Below are positions 41,330-51,143 of a stretch of 64,000 bases of DNA, piece after piece. Every line of letters begins with the position of its first letter. Within the stretch, counting starts at the first letter, position 1. The DNA comes from an uncultured virus (IMG/VR IMGVR_UViG_3300042691_042722) (lineage: Duplodnaviria > Heunggongvirae > Uroviricota > Caudoviricetes), in the IMG/VR virus record IMGVR_UViG_3300042691_042722. The stretch is one strand, 5' to 3'. A model generated the notes under the pieces. That model ran no database searches and was not told the DNA's origin. It saw only the letters and a program-made list of their open reading frames with translations. A program made the position numbers and the translations under genes.

Positions 41330-41918
41330 AATTAGAAATTTAATTACGATAGTTTTACTAATCCTACCCACCTTACTTTTTTCACAGAAGTTAAGGGATA
41401 AAGTTCACATTAATGCGGGTATATATGAGATTATATACTCTGAAGTGTTGGAGCAACCACTATGGGTTAAATATGTGGTTAAATGCCCGAATGGAGACGC
41501 TTCAAGGAAGGGTATGGACTTTTACTTAGTTGATAGTGTAAAAACATCAGACCCCTTAGATTACTATAATAATGAATATGACAAGGGACATATGGCCCCC
41601 GCCGCTGATTTCAACTGTACGAGAGAAATGTTATATAAAACATTCAGTTATTTAAACTGCTCATTACAGAATCAAGATCTAAACAGAACCACTTGGAGAC
41701 TGCTTGAAGCAAGAGAAAGATTGTTAGCGGGAGAACATCCGGTTGTGGTTGTTGAGATAAATTGTGTGTTTTCAAAATCATCAATAAAACTACCAACAGG
41801 GGCAACAGTTCCGGATGGATATTATAAGACAATAAAATATGGAAATAAGGTTGAGAAGTATTATTTCAAAAATGATAAACCGACTACATTAGATTATTCA
41901 AAATATTTATTGAAATAA
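41322..41918 (+). CDS. secreted DNA/RNA non-specific endonuclease (NucA/EndA-like)
   Basis: Signal peptide; YDKGHMAPAADF, TF..LN..LQ...LN...W..LE. Confidence 0.85.
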   Translation: MNKIRNLITIVLLILPTLLFSQKLRDKVHINAGIYEIIYSEVLEQPLWVKYVVKCPNGDASRKGMDFYLVDSVKTSDPLDYYNNEYDKGHMAPAADFNCTREMLYKTFSYLNCSLQNQDLNRTTWRLLEARERLLAGEHPVVVVEINCVFSKSSIKLPTGATVPDGYYKTIKYGNKVEKYYFKNDKPTTLDYSKYLLK

Positions 41919-41919
41919 C

Positions 41920-42333
41920 ATGAAATACATACTCACAGAATCAAAACTTAATTCATCAATTAAAAAACAATTAGATGTGATGTTTGATGTTGAAAATATC
42001 AATTCAACCAATCCATATGAATATGATGACGATGGAAATGAATATGAAGATGAAAATAGAGTTCAATTTTATATAGGTGATTATGGTAATGACGATGATG
42101 TATTTCTGTGGTATGCAAAAGAATATTGGGGTGGAACCGAATCGGAAAGTTATATGGGTTATAAACAAGCATCACCGCTAGTAGAAATAGTGAGCCCTTA
42201 TGATCAACAATTAAACGGACTATTTGGTCATCATTGGTTTGAACCGTTTAAGGAATGGTTCACAGAAAATTTTGATCTACCGGTTAAATCAGTAATGAAT
42301 GAAATTTATTATAAAAGAAAATCAAGGGAATAG
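41920..42333 (+). CDS. MKYILTESK-leader protein
   Basis: Leader; LFG..FKEWF..FDLPV. Confidence 0.7.
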   Translation: MKYILTESKLNSSIKKQLDVMFDVENINSTNPYEYDDDGNEYEDENRVQFYIGDYGNDDDVFLWYAKEYWGGTESESYMGYKQASPLVEIVSPYDQQLNGLFGHHWFEPFKEWFTENFDLPVKSVMNEIYYKRKSRE

Positions 42334-42595
42334 ATTAAGTTCAATTTTACAATCTAAAGTGAATAGTTTGGAAATTGAAGGTTTGTGTCGTGTTGAGATA
42401 TCAAAAATGTCAATTAAAAATGACATACTCTTATCAATTGACGTACATTTGAATGAAAAATACGTTCAAGAGCTCCATGATGATAATAGACCTGTACGGA
42501 TCCATTTAGATTATATACAATATCAAATCAAACAAGAGCTAAAATCTTATGGTAATTTTAAAATTAAGTTTTATGAATATCGGGAAAAGTGTTAA
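42299..42595 (+). CDS. MKFIIKENQ-leader protein
   Basis: Leader. Confidence 0.65.
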   Translation: MKFIIKENQGNRLSSILQSKVNSLEIEGLCRVEISKMSIKNDILLSIDVHLNEKYVQELHDDNRPVRIHLDYIQYQIKQELKSYGNFKIKFYEYREKC

Positions 42596-43060
42596 ATTAA
42601 AAAAAACCTTTATTCCAATATTTCACAGGTATAATTTCACCCAACTTACCATAATCTTCAATAATTTTGTTGAGAACCTTTTTAATTTTTTTCATACTTA
42701 TAATTAGTGAAGATATTGAGATTAGTTAGTCAAACTTTTCCTTCTCAATATGATCTCCAAAAGACAAAAAAAAATATCTTTTCAAATTAATTTATTTTGA
42801 TTACCTTTTAAATAAAGAAAAACTAAATATGGAACAAACAAAAACTATCAAGTTCACCGAAAAAGGCGCTGTAACAAAAATTTATGAAAATTCAACGGTC
42901 ACAATTGAAAATTGGATCTCATCGTTAGCAAACTCAAATATTTTGTCTAAAGAATTTTTTATTTTTGAAGGTATTACTTATTATTTAACTTCAAAAGTTG
43001 TAAAAGAAATTTATTGATAAAATACCCATATTTGTTTATACTTATTATATAAACAAACTT

Positions 43061-43246
43061 ATGACAGAACAACAAAAAGCTCAAGCTTACGGAGAATTAT
43101 TAAATGAACACACAAGAATTAGTAATAAAATATCCGAAATAAAAGGGCAAGACTATGAATTAAATCAAGAACAACTTAGACAAATTTCTATCTTACAACA
43201 AAAACAAATACAAATAATGGAAAAAATAAAAAATCTTTTTGGTTAA
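43061..43246 (+). CDS. small coiled-coil protein
   Basis: 61-aa heptad-rich ORF. Confidence 0.55.
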   Translation: MTEQQKAQAYGELLNEHTRISNKISEIKGQDYELNQEQLRQISILQQKQIQIMEKIKNLFG

Positions 43247-43538
43247 TATTTTTTTTATTATATTTGTTCAATATGAAAAATCTCAAACTCTTTTTTGACC
43301 TATCGGCAATCATACCTTGGCCATTTTTGGTTATTAACTATGATAGCCTTATTTTAACAAGTATTATGTTAGGGTTTCAGCTTTTTTGTTTGTTCGCAGG
43401 AATTTATTTAGAGAAAATTGAATCAGAATAATTTTATGATTTTTTTAATTTGTTCTTTCGGATTTTTTGGATTATATTTGACTTGTAAACAAAGATATCG
43501 TAACAGAAAAAATTGGTAATTTTTAAATTTAATTTTTT

Positions 43539-43943
43539 ATGAAACATCTATTATTTTTTTGTTTTATATTTTTCAGTCTACCTTCATTTTCTCAAACAAA
43601 CGATGGTATTGATTATACAACCGGGTATAAAAAAATCAGTGAGATATCTGACAATATTTTCTTATCAAATTTTTTCAAGTCAAATTGTAGAAATCTTTCG
43701 GAATATCAAATCGTCTCCTTTGGAGATTTAGTTGATTCTCTCAATTGTTATAAAAACAACAATTTAACTTACAAGTTAGAAATTTTTAAAATAAATAAGC
43801 CAATAGAAAAAAATACTTTTAACTATGTGAATCATAGTTTTCCATCTGATAATACTAAAACTTATAATCCAAACAAGTTACTTTTTGGAGATTGGTTTGT
43901 TAAAGAAGGAAAGTATTTTTTTACTTTTTACCTTGTGAATTGA
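43539..43943 (+). CDS. secreted hypothetical protein
   Basis: Signal peptide ending SFS-Q (Q at +1, common in Bacteroidota). Confidence 0.6.
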   Translation: MKHLLFFCFIFFSLPSFSQTNDGIDYTTGYKKISEISDNIFLSNFFKSNCRNLSEYQIVSFGDLVDSLNCYKNNNLTYKLEIFKINKPIEKNTFNYVNHSFPSDNTKTYNPNKLLFGDWFVKEGKYFFTFYLVN

Positions 43944-44425
43944 TCTAAAGGAAGATATTTTTCTCCTTCACGATGCCACGTCCAACCTATACTCTTTTTA
44001 GATTTTAATTCGGGTTTTAAAATTTTGAAAATACCGAATCTCATTGTGTTGTCAATTCCAATTGAGTAACTAGGGTAAAATAAAAATTGTTCGTCAAATG
44101 AAATTTCTTGTGAAAAAGAATCAATCCAATCGTTTTGAAGGTACTGATACGGATTTCTTTCAACTAATTTCATTTCAACTAATTCAACCGGGGGATTAAT
44201 AGGGGATTCCATAGTACCTGTTAAATAACATTTTCTATTAACTGTATCAACCTTGAGTTCAATTCCTTTATTAGGTCTGAAACCTTCAAATTTAAATAGT
44301 CTCACGTTAGCGTAATCACCTACCGAATCAGTTGGTGTTGGTAAACCTTCCATTTGTTTTGCATCTTCATGTAATCGTAAAATTCTTCTTTTTTCATTCA
44401 AATCTATTTCAAATAGTCTTTTCAT
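43928..44425 (-). CDS. EKRRILRLH-leader protein
   Basis: Leader like that of 38603. Confidence 0.65.
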   Translation of the reverse strand: MKRLFEIDLNEKRRILRLHEDAKQMEGLPTPTDSVGDYANVRLFKFEGFRPNKGIELKVDTVNRKCYLTGTMESPINPPVELVEMKLVERNPYQYLQNDWIDSFSQEISFDEQFLFYPSYSIGIDNTMRFGIFKILKPELKSKKSIGWTWHREGEKYLPLDQFTR

Positions 44426-44427
44426 AA

Positions 44428-44667
44428 TCAATCAATTAAATCAGTTAATAAATCTTTATTTGTTAGATCCTCAATATTTTTTTTAGATCTTGATTCTGCT
44501 CTCTTTATTTCATTTTCAGTAAATAAAAGGCATCTTTCATTTTTACCATTTGCATCTTCAACCCAAACAGATACGTATCCGTCATTTTCACTTTTCTTTT
44601 TTTGAGTATTATATACTCTAATTAATCTTCCGGGTTTAATTTTTACTTTGTCAATTAAATTTGCCAT
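44428..44667 (-). CDS. hypothetical protein
   Basis: 79-aa ORF; TATTTAT upstream. Confidence 0.6.
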   Translation of the reverse strand: MANLIDKVKIKPGRLIRVYNTQKKKSENDGYVSVWVEDANGKNERCLLFTENEIKRAESRSKKNIEDLTNKDLLTDLID

Positions 44668-44685
44668 AGTTTTTTTAAATAAATA

Positions 44686-44967
44686 TCATGGTTTAGAATA
44701 AAAATATATAATATCAAAAACAACGAATAATATTGTTGGAACCAAACCACCAATTGTTGTCCATTTAACATCTCTCCAATTGAAAATTGTTTTTTTAATT
44801 CTAAGGTCATAAAATTCTTTAGTCAAACCTGATATGAAAGAAATAATGAATCCAAGTATTGCGGATATGGACTGGTTAAACCAAAAATTTAGTATCATAA
44901 AACTAAAAAACATAATTAGTAATCCGGCCCAAAAATGCATCTCGTCGTCTAATTTTTTAAAAATCAT
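44686..44967 (-). CDS. small membrane protein (D..HF.AG..KE..D family)
   Basis: Three hydrophobic segments with conserved-looking charged residues. Confidence 0.55.
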   Translation of the reverse strand: MIFKKLDDEMHFWAGLLIMFFSFMILNFWFNQSISAILGFIISFISGLTKEFYDLRIKKTIFNWRDVKWTTIGGLVPTILFVVFDIIYFYSKP

Positions 44968-46568
44968 AATTTTATTATTTTTTCTGTGTATAAATTATAC
45001 CGATCTATTAATTGTAAAAAATAAACCCCTTTAGTAAAATTTAAATCAATTTTATTTTGACCCAAAAAAATAGAACCTTTGGATATAAGTTTACCATTCA
45101 CATCATAAATAACCCAACCATAATTTTTATTTGCATTGATGATTATATTATTATGAATAATATTGGAAATTAATTCGTAATCAGATTTACCTGAGTTATG
45201 ATAAATTATTTTTGAATATTTTATTGATCCTGATGAAGTTATAGCTACTAGTTTATAATAACTATTTTCTTTTTTTGTATCTAATGATCCACTTAATCCT
45301 ATTAGCTCCTTGTATAACTCAAATTTAGATCCGTCTTTGGAATATTCTATATAAATTTTTTGTATAGGTTCATCTGTAACGACATTCCAAAATAATTTAT
45401 TATTGCGAGCGTTTAGATTTATTTCATAAATCGGTACTACCACGGATCCGCCAAAAGATCCTGATATATTGTAACTCCCAATCATCATACCTTTGAAAAT
45501 GTTTACGTTTGCAACACTATTGACTCTAAGATAATAGATACCGGGTTCTAATAGAGTGTCTATCGTTACGTTCAGAAGTGTAGATGGATTATATGTGGCA
45601 ATCTGTGTGTTGTTTTTAAATAGTGTTACCTCTAAATCAACATTACCATTGTAATTCACAATTCCTGTTGATGATAAACCTTGAATAGGTGGACCGGAGT
45701 TGTATGGTCTAATATTTGATATAAATCTACCCGGGACGTTAAATTGAAACTGAAAATGATCAGTATCAGTACTGTCAGTTATCAAACCATTTACGTCATA
45801 TTCTCCATTTGTTGTATTAACAATAGTAGATGTGTTTATATTATTTCCGTGGTCATCTGATCTATAAGTTATGCTATTGGAGGAACTAACAATAATACTT
45901 AAATCATTTTGTAAAGATGAACAACCAAATGAATTTCTACCATTGTGCCATAAAGATAAATTTCTGTCATATGAAACACCCATTATTGGGGACCACCCTA
46001 TATCGCGGGAACCCCTCCCTGGGTTATATTCTGTAACATATCTACAAGTATCAGTATTTTCATTACGATATTGTGATTGATGGTAGAGTCCTAAGGTATG
46101 TCCTATTTCATGAGAAACTGCTTCTGCAATAAATTTATCATTGAATTTGAGTAAAGTGTCAAATACAAAACAAGGTGTATTTAAACCCCATCTAAATGAT
46201 TCAATATAAGCAACTCCACCTGCGGATCCATACCATTGCCACGTTGGTGTAATTATAACTCTTGTTCTTCTTGTTATTGGTGCCGCAAAATATACTGACG
46301 AATCAGTTGTAATATTAAGGTTGAATGGTTTGAAATCTTCTGCAACATTATTAAATACTCTTATCATCTGAGCATTTGTGAGCTTAGATGGTTTACAAAT
46401 AATAATAGAATCTGTTGAGAAGGGTCTCCAATAAACGTCATCTACAGTCTGTCCGTCAAAATCTAAAAAAACTGTAGGTCTTGAGGATGGGTGACTACTG
46501 AGTCCATAAGGGACTTGAGATTTAGTTCCCAAAGAAAAAAGGAGAAAAAAAATAAAAAAAAATTTCAT
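44964..46568 (-). CDS. secreted zinc metalloprotease with T9SS type-A-like C-terminal domain
   Basis: Signal peptide ending KS-Q; HEIGHTLGLYH metzincin motif and PIMG turn; C-terminal IYDVNGKLI...GVYFLQL...EKIIKL. Confidence 0.75.
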   Translation of the reverse strand: MKFFFIFFLLFSLGTKSQVPYGLSSHPSSRPTVFLDFDGQTVDDVYWRPFSTDSIIICKPSKLTNAQMIRVFNNVAEDFKPFNLNITTDSSVYFAAPITRRTRVIITPTWQWYGSAGGVAYIESFRWGLNTPCFVFDTLLKFNDKFIAEAVSHEIGHTLGLYHQSQYRNENTDTCRYVTEYNPGRGSRDIGWSPIMGVSYDRNLSLWHNGRNSFGCSSLQNDLSIIVSSSNSITYRSDDHGNNINTSTIVNTTNGEYDVNGLITDSTDTDHFQFQFNVPGRFISNIRPYNSGPPIQGLSSTGIVNYNGNVDLEVTLFKNNTQIATYNPSTLLNVTIDTLLEPGIYYLRVNSVANVNIFKGMMIGSYNISGSFGGSVVVPIYEINLNARNNKLFWNVVTDEPIQKIYIEYSKDGSKFELYKELIGLSGSLDTKKENSYYKLVAITSSGSIKYSKIIYHNSGKSDYELISNIIHNNIIINANKNYGWVIYDVNGKLISKGSIFLGQNKIDLNFTKGVYFLQLIDRYNLYTEKIIKL

Positions 46569-46570
46569 AT

Positions 46571-47017
46571 TCAGTCGGGTATTAGATCTGCATATTCTTT
46601 TTTTATCCAATAATATTGATTATTTTCTTTTTCATATAAAATGAAAATATCTTTGTGTTTTACACATCCAATTACGCCTATATATTTACCTTCAATGTTT
46701 TTGGATATTATTAATCTCAATCCCGGTTTTTCTTCTGATTCTATTGAAATACTTTGATATTCAGGGGTTGTATGAAAAATATTAACTTTACCTTTTATTA
46801 TCATATTGTTCATTACCGGTAAAGTCACCTTTTGATTTAGTTGTGTATTGAAAACTATAGTTAATAAACCAGGATGAGTATCAATAGTGTCTGCAAATTC
46901 TTTAAACATCAAAGGTTTATTGACATTTTTTTCTTTTGCCGAATTCCAGTTTAAATCTTGAGAATATGAGAAATAATTAATAAATATGAAAAAAATGAGT
47001 AAAAAAATTTCCCTCAT
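46571..47017 (-). CDS. secreted hypothetical protein
   Basis: Signal peptide ending SYS-Q. Confidence 0.6.
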   Translation of the reverse strand: MREIFLLIFFIFINYFSYSQDLNWNSAKEKNVNKPLMFKEFADTIDTHPGLLTIVFNTQLNQKVTLPVMNNMIIKGKVNIFHTTPEYQSISIESEEKPGLRLIISKNIEGKYIGVIGCVKHKDIFILYEKENNQYYWIKKEYADLIPD

Positions 47018-47064
47018 GAAAAGTATTTACTTATAAATATCTTCAGTTATAATAGAAAACATTT

Positions 47065-47337
47065 TTAGTCTAAAATCTCAAATGAACTTAAACAAACAAA
47101 ATTTTCGTTTTGACCTAAAAATTTCCAACTTTCTGAAATTAAGAACGATAGACCTTCCGGGTACGCCTCTTCAAAATTATCGGTCTCTTTGATAAAGATC
47201 TTATTATGAACTAAATACTTCTTTTCATTTGTGCTCCAAGAAACTTTTTCAATTGATATATAACAATCCTTTCCGAATAAAGATTCAAGTTCATTTCTAT
47301 ATGTATTATTAACGATGAATTCTAAAGCCTTCCTCAT
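47065..47337 (-). CDS. hypothetical protein
   Basis: Coding-like from MRKALEF. Confidence 0.5.
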   Translation of the reverse strand: MRKALEFIVNNTYRNELESLFGKDCYISIEKVSWSTNEKKYLVHNKIFIKETDNFEEAYPEGLSFLISESWKFLGQNENFVCLSSFEILD

Positions 47338-47404
47338 ATCAAATGAGATATTCCTTTTTTTTGATTTTTTTATATCTCTATAATATTTATAAGAAAATAT
47401 ATTT

Positions 47405-48505
47405 ATGAGGAAAGGTTTTTTTCTAACAGAATCTGAAAAACAAAAAATTAGTTCATTATACGATAATGGTAGTAGATTCATTCTTCTCGAGGAGGATTTT
47501 CCTGAACCTACAGACCCGGAAGTGGTGAAGAAGTTTCAAAATTGGTTGGATGGTAAATATCCGGATGGATGGGCCTATAGTGAAAAATACAAAAAAAAGT
47601 ATAAAGTTAAACAGGATCCAGGTAGGGGGTACGGACTTTTACCAATGAGGGCTCAAACAAAAAAGTTTTGGAATGATCCCGAGAATGGAGGTAAATGGAG
47701 AACTGAAACAAAATACCAAGGAACAGGTGGTAGTGGAGGATCAAATGTTTCAGCGGAAGACAAAACTGAATGGTACTATTATTCTGGACAAACTCCAGTT
47801 AAAATAACCTTGGGTGAGCTTAAAACCAAATTAAATAATGGTGACTTGGATAGAAAAAAAACTTACGTTTGGACTGCAGATCCTAATATGAAAATGGATC
47901 AAACTCCTAGATTAGCATATCTTTTTTCTGATTATTTTGGTTTAATTCCTCTTCCACCTTCAGGAGAAGAAGGTGGAGCATCAGGTGGAGCATCAGGTGG
48001 AGCATCAGGTGGAGCATCAGGTGGAGCATCAGGTGGAGCATCAGGTGGAGCATCAGGTGGAAACAGGGCAAAGGAAGAAAAAACTAATATATTAGGAAAC
48101 GACGCAAATAAACCATTGGGTTCTGGTGGTATTGGTGCTAAAAATAACCAAGAATTAGTAAATCAACCATTTGATAAAAATGGTATTACAAGATGGTTAG
48201 AATTTGAATTCGGATCATATCCGAAAGATGTTAAGGATGATGACATTAGATTTGATAACGAAAATAAAACCGCAACAATTGTTACCGGTGGTAGGGAATT
48301 AACTTATACATGGTCTAATGGTAGATGGCAACAAGACTATTCAAAAGTTAAATATGTTTCTGATCCGGAATACAATAAGGGACAAGAAAAAACACAACAA
48401 CCTAACACAAATCCAAATCAAGGAAACGATAAAAACCAAATAACGGTAGGGGGTAAAACTATACCTGGAAAAATAGAATTCAAACCGAAATATAATCCTC
48501 AGTAG
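47405..48505 (+). CDS. leader-bearing multi-domain protein with GGAS linker
   Basis: FLTESEKQKI leader; VKKFQNWLD PG-binding-like start; GYF_2-like WYY...YVW segment. Confidence 0.65.
   Translation: MRKGFFLTESEKQKISSLYDNGSRFILLEEDFPEPTDPEVVKKFQNWLDGKYPDGWAYSEKYKKKYKVKQDPGRGYGLLPMRAQTKKFWNDPENGGKWRTETKYQGTGGSGGSNVSAEDKTEWYYYSGQTPVKITLGELKTKLNNGDLDRKKTYVWTADPNMKMDQTPRLAYLFSDYFGLIPLPPSGEEGGASGGASGGASGGASGGASGGASGGASGGNRAKEEKTNILGNDANKPLGSGGIGAKNNQELVNQPFDKNGITRWLEFEFGSYPKDVKDDDIRFDNENKTATIVTGGRELTYTWSNGRWQQDYSKVKYVSDPEYNKGQEKTQQPNTNPNQGNDKNQITVGGKTIPGKIEFKPKYNPQ
47972..48061 (+). repeat. perfect 12-bp tandem repeat (GGTGGAGCATCA) x7.5
   Basis: Read directly; encodes (GGAS)7. Confidence 0.95.
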
Positions 48506-48563
48506 GTAAAAAAATAAGCCATAAACGTTAAATAAAGTTGAATGGAAAGTGACAGTATAAAGA

Positions 48564-48773
48564 ATGAAAAAACACAAAGTAGAAACCCTATCCCAATTTT
48601 TTTTAATGTTATCTCTCTTCTTCAATCCCTTCGGATTCGATGCCGTTCAGTATACACTGATGTTATGGACCGGGAGTTTATTGAAAGCCAACCTTATTAT
48701 GTATTTTGTTGCGGCCTTATTTTTTGGATTATATTTATATTCGCGTTATTTGTATAAAAAATTAGATAAATAA
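48564..48773 (+). CDS. small membrane protein
   Basis: FFNPFGFD motif; hydrophobic helices. Confidence 0.55.
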   Translation: MKKHKVETLSQFFLMLSLFFNPFGFDAVQYTLMLWTGSLLKANLIMYFVAALFFGLYLYSRYLYKKLDK

Positions 48774-49289
48774 TTTTTTGATTCTAATAATTTCTTCATT
48801 AATTCCTGACAGTATAGGATATACTTCATAATCTTTAATAACATCAATATTACTATTGATGAAGTGACTATCAGGCATATCAACTTTCACTCCATTTATA
48901 TATTTTACTCTCAAAGATGCATATCCCCAAGTATAAGTTGTAAGTGACGGAGTATGAATTTCACCATTCATTTCTTCAGCATAAGAATCAACCCATTTAG
49001 CAATTATTTCGTAATATTTTGGATCTAATTCCGGAACTAATAGATCAACATTAAAATATCGGTAGGACGCACCATCATGATTATCAATGTAAATGTTTCT
49101 TATAATAAATTCAAATTCATGCTTTTCTCCATTTTCATCTTTGAAACTATATACACCCTTTAATTTTTTTTCTAATTTACTTTTAGCTTCAGGATTTTTA
49201 TCAACTATTTTTTTTAGATTTTGAAAACCTCCAAAAAGTTGGATCAATTCCATCAAATCCTTGTCAATTATTTTCAAAAGTTTGGACAT
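48762..49289 (-). CDS. hypothetical protein with leader-like motif at the C-terminus (INEEIIRIKKL)
   Basis: TATTTAT upstream. Confidence 0.65.
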   Translation of the reverse strand: MSKLLKIIDKDLMELIQLFGGFQNLKKIVDKNPEAKSKLEKKLKGVYSFKDENGEKHEFEFIIRNIYIDNHDGASYRYFNVDLLVPELDPKYYEIIAKWVDSYAEEMNGEIHTPSLTTYTWGYASLRVKYINGVKVDMPDSHFINSNIDVIKDYEVYPILSGINEEIIRIKKLFI

Positions 49290-49357
49290 ATAAATAAATA
49301 TAACTTTGGCGTGAATTTATCACAAAACGAAGTATTTATAAACGAATAGATATACAT

Positions 49358-50440
49358 ATGAAAAGAAGAATAAAACTTACGGAAGCTGATTTATATAGAA
49401 TTGTTAAAAAAGTAATCAGAGAAACGGAAGAAAAAGAAAAATCTGGAACATATTTCACTTTGGGTAAAGAATATTTCTATGTTAGAGGTAAAGAAATGTT
49501 CTTAGCCGATAACACATCAGGCGAATTTTCTGAAAACTTAACGGTTGAATTACCTAACACAAAAGAAATTTCAGCAATATGGGGATTTGAAACAAGAGAA
49601 ATTAACGATCCTGAAACCAAAGGGGACGATCTACAAAATTTGGATTTTGATAAGAAGATGAGAAATGCCATCAAACTTGGCAAAGAAATCTATACAAGAA
49701 GATACGACACACAAAATGTTGGAGGTGGATACATTCCAATAGTTTATTATTCTTTATCAGAGGACGCACCTGTTTTGGCCGGTATGATTATTAGTACTTC
49801 TTTTGAGAAGAGCCCTTCAGAAGAGGAGAAAGGCCCTGTAGGGTTGAGAGTTATAGAAAATCCTGTAAAAGGAGATAAAATTACTTATAAAGAAAGTGTT
49901 TTCAAACCATCAAAAAGAAAAGAAAATTCAGGGGAAAAAACAACATCCTCGGGAGGTAAAACCTACGGAATTTCACTTCAACATATAATGAGTGGAAATG
50001 AAATTGATTTAGAAAAATTAGGTTTGAAAAATAGAGACAGAATCAAAACACCCAAAAAAGTTAACATTGGTGAATTTTTTGATGAAAACTCCTCAGAACC
50101 TAAAAATTTTGAGAGAGCCTCATTTTTGGAAGATATAAGAAAACATATTAAGAGTGGCGGTAAAATTAGTAAAATAACCATAGAGGCATCAACATCAAAA
50201 ATGCCTGCGGGTCATAAAAACAATAATAAGAACGATAAAAGGTGGAAAGAATTAAATGAATATGACTCCTATGTTATGGGTAATAATGATGATGGTACAG
50301 GAAATCTGCAATTGTGTAAACATAAGGCGATGAACACTTACAAGGCACTAACATCTGCAATCCCCGAATTGGCAAGTGCCCCATATGTATTGAAAGCCGC
50401 AGGTCCGGTAGGAGAATACGTACATATAAAATTTGAATAA
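49358..50440 (+). CDS. IKLTEADL-leader protein; C-terminus loosely OmpA-like
   Basis: Leader; F.ENSS...ITIEASTS...NLQL...KA pattern. Confidence 0.6.
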   Translation: MKRRIKLTEADLYRIVKKVIRETEEKEKSGTYFTLGKEYFYVRGKEMFLADNTSGEFSENLTVELPNTKEISAIWGFETREINDPETKGDDLQNLDFDKKMRNAIKLGKEIYTRRYDTQNVGGGYIPIVYYSLSEDAPVLAGMIISTSFEKSPSEEEKGPVGLRVIENPVKGDKITYKESVFKPSKRKENSGEKTTSSGGKTYGISLQHIMSGNEIDLEKLGLKNRDRIKTPKKVNIGEFFDENSSEPKNFERASFLEDIRKHIKSGGKISKITIEASTSKMPAGHKNNNKNDKRWKELNEYDSYVMGNNDDGTGNLQLCKHKAMNTYKALTSAIPELASAPYVLKAAGPVGEYVHIKFE

Positions 50441-50442
50441 TA

Positions 50443-50571
50443 ATGGCAAAAGCAAAAGGATCAGTTGACAGCCGTAAAATTTCTTTCGGAAAACGTAAAA
50501 AAGGAGCAGCAAAGAAAGCTTACAACAAACATACCCCAAGACCAAAAGAATATAGAGGTCAGGGTAGATAA
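50443..50571 (+). CDS. small basic protein ending YRGQGR (42 aa)
   Basis: MAKAKGS...RPKEYRGQGR; starts 2 nt after the upstream stop. Confidence 0.6.
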   Translation: MAKAKGSVDSRKISFGKRKKGAAKKAYNKHTPRPKEYRGQGR

Positions 50572-50795
50572 TATTTTATTTTAAAAAAAGTTTTGGCGGT
50601 TTCGCAAACTTTATTATCTTTGTGATGAGTTCACACTTACAGGCGATGAAAGATACTCGGTAGTGGATTCAAAAAAAAAGATTTGGAAGTTTGAGAAACC
50701 TTTTTTATCTTTGTAAAAGAAATGAGGGGACAGGTTAAGATAAGTATCTTGGTAAAAAGTCCTGTCCCCGCAAATTCTAAAAGTTCTTTAAATAT

Positions 50796-50883
50796 GGTTG
50801 TGGTAGCTCAGTGACCGCAAGGTCTCGGTAGAGCATCCGGGGTGAAGCCCGGTGTGCCAGTGGTTCGAATCCACTCCCAACCA
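50796..50883 (+). tRNA. atypical tRNA-like element (GAA in the loop, Phe-like?)
   Basis: TAGCTCAG..GGTAGAGC D-arm, AGTGG-TTCGAAT-CCACT T-arm, GGTTG../..CAACC acceptor; extra D-loop hairpin; 6-nt anticodon loop. Confidence 0.6.
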
Positions 50884-50982
50884 CAGGTCAGAGCATGTGA
50901 GAAGGCGGTTAAGCTGTTTATTACCGCTACCAGATTTGGCTCTTTAAATATTATAAAGCGGAAAACAAAAATTCAGTCCTTC

Positions 50983-51114
50983 TTTTCGTGGTGGAACTCC
51001 CCTCGTTTTATGGGTAATAAAACGACAAAAATCAAGGTTTAGGCACTTTTACCTACACATAAGGAAGTTCAGTTGGACCTCAACTGTAGAGTACGGAACC
51101 ACTCAGCCACAAAA
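50983..51114 (+). ncRNA. putative multi-branched structured RNA
   Basis: Closing stem TTTTcGTGGT/GCCACAAAA; internal hairpins TCGTTTTAT/ATAAAACGA, CAGTTG/CAACTG, GAGT/ACTC. Confidence 0.45.
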
Positions 51115-51143
51115 CATTCCACCTCATTAGCGACGGCTAAACG

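Noticed and set aside
50842..51042. 66-aa ORF
   Set aside because: It overlaps the tRNA-like element and the structured RNA region.
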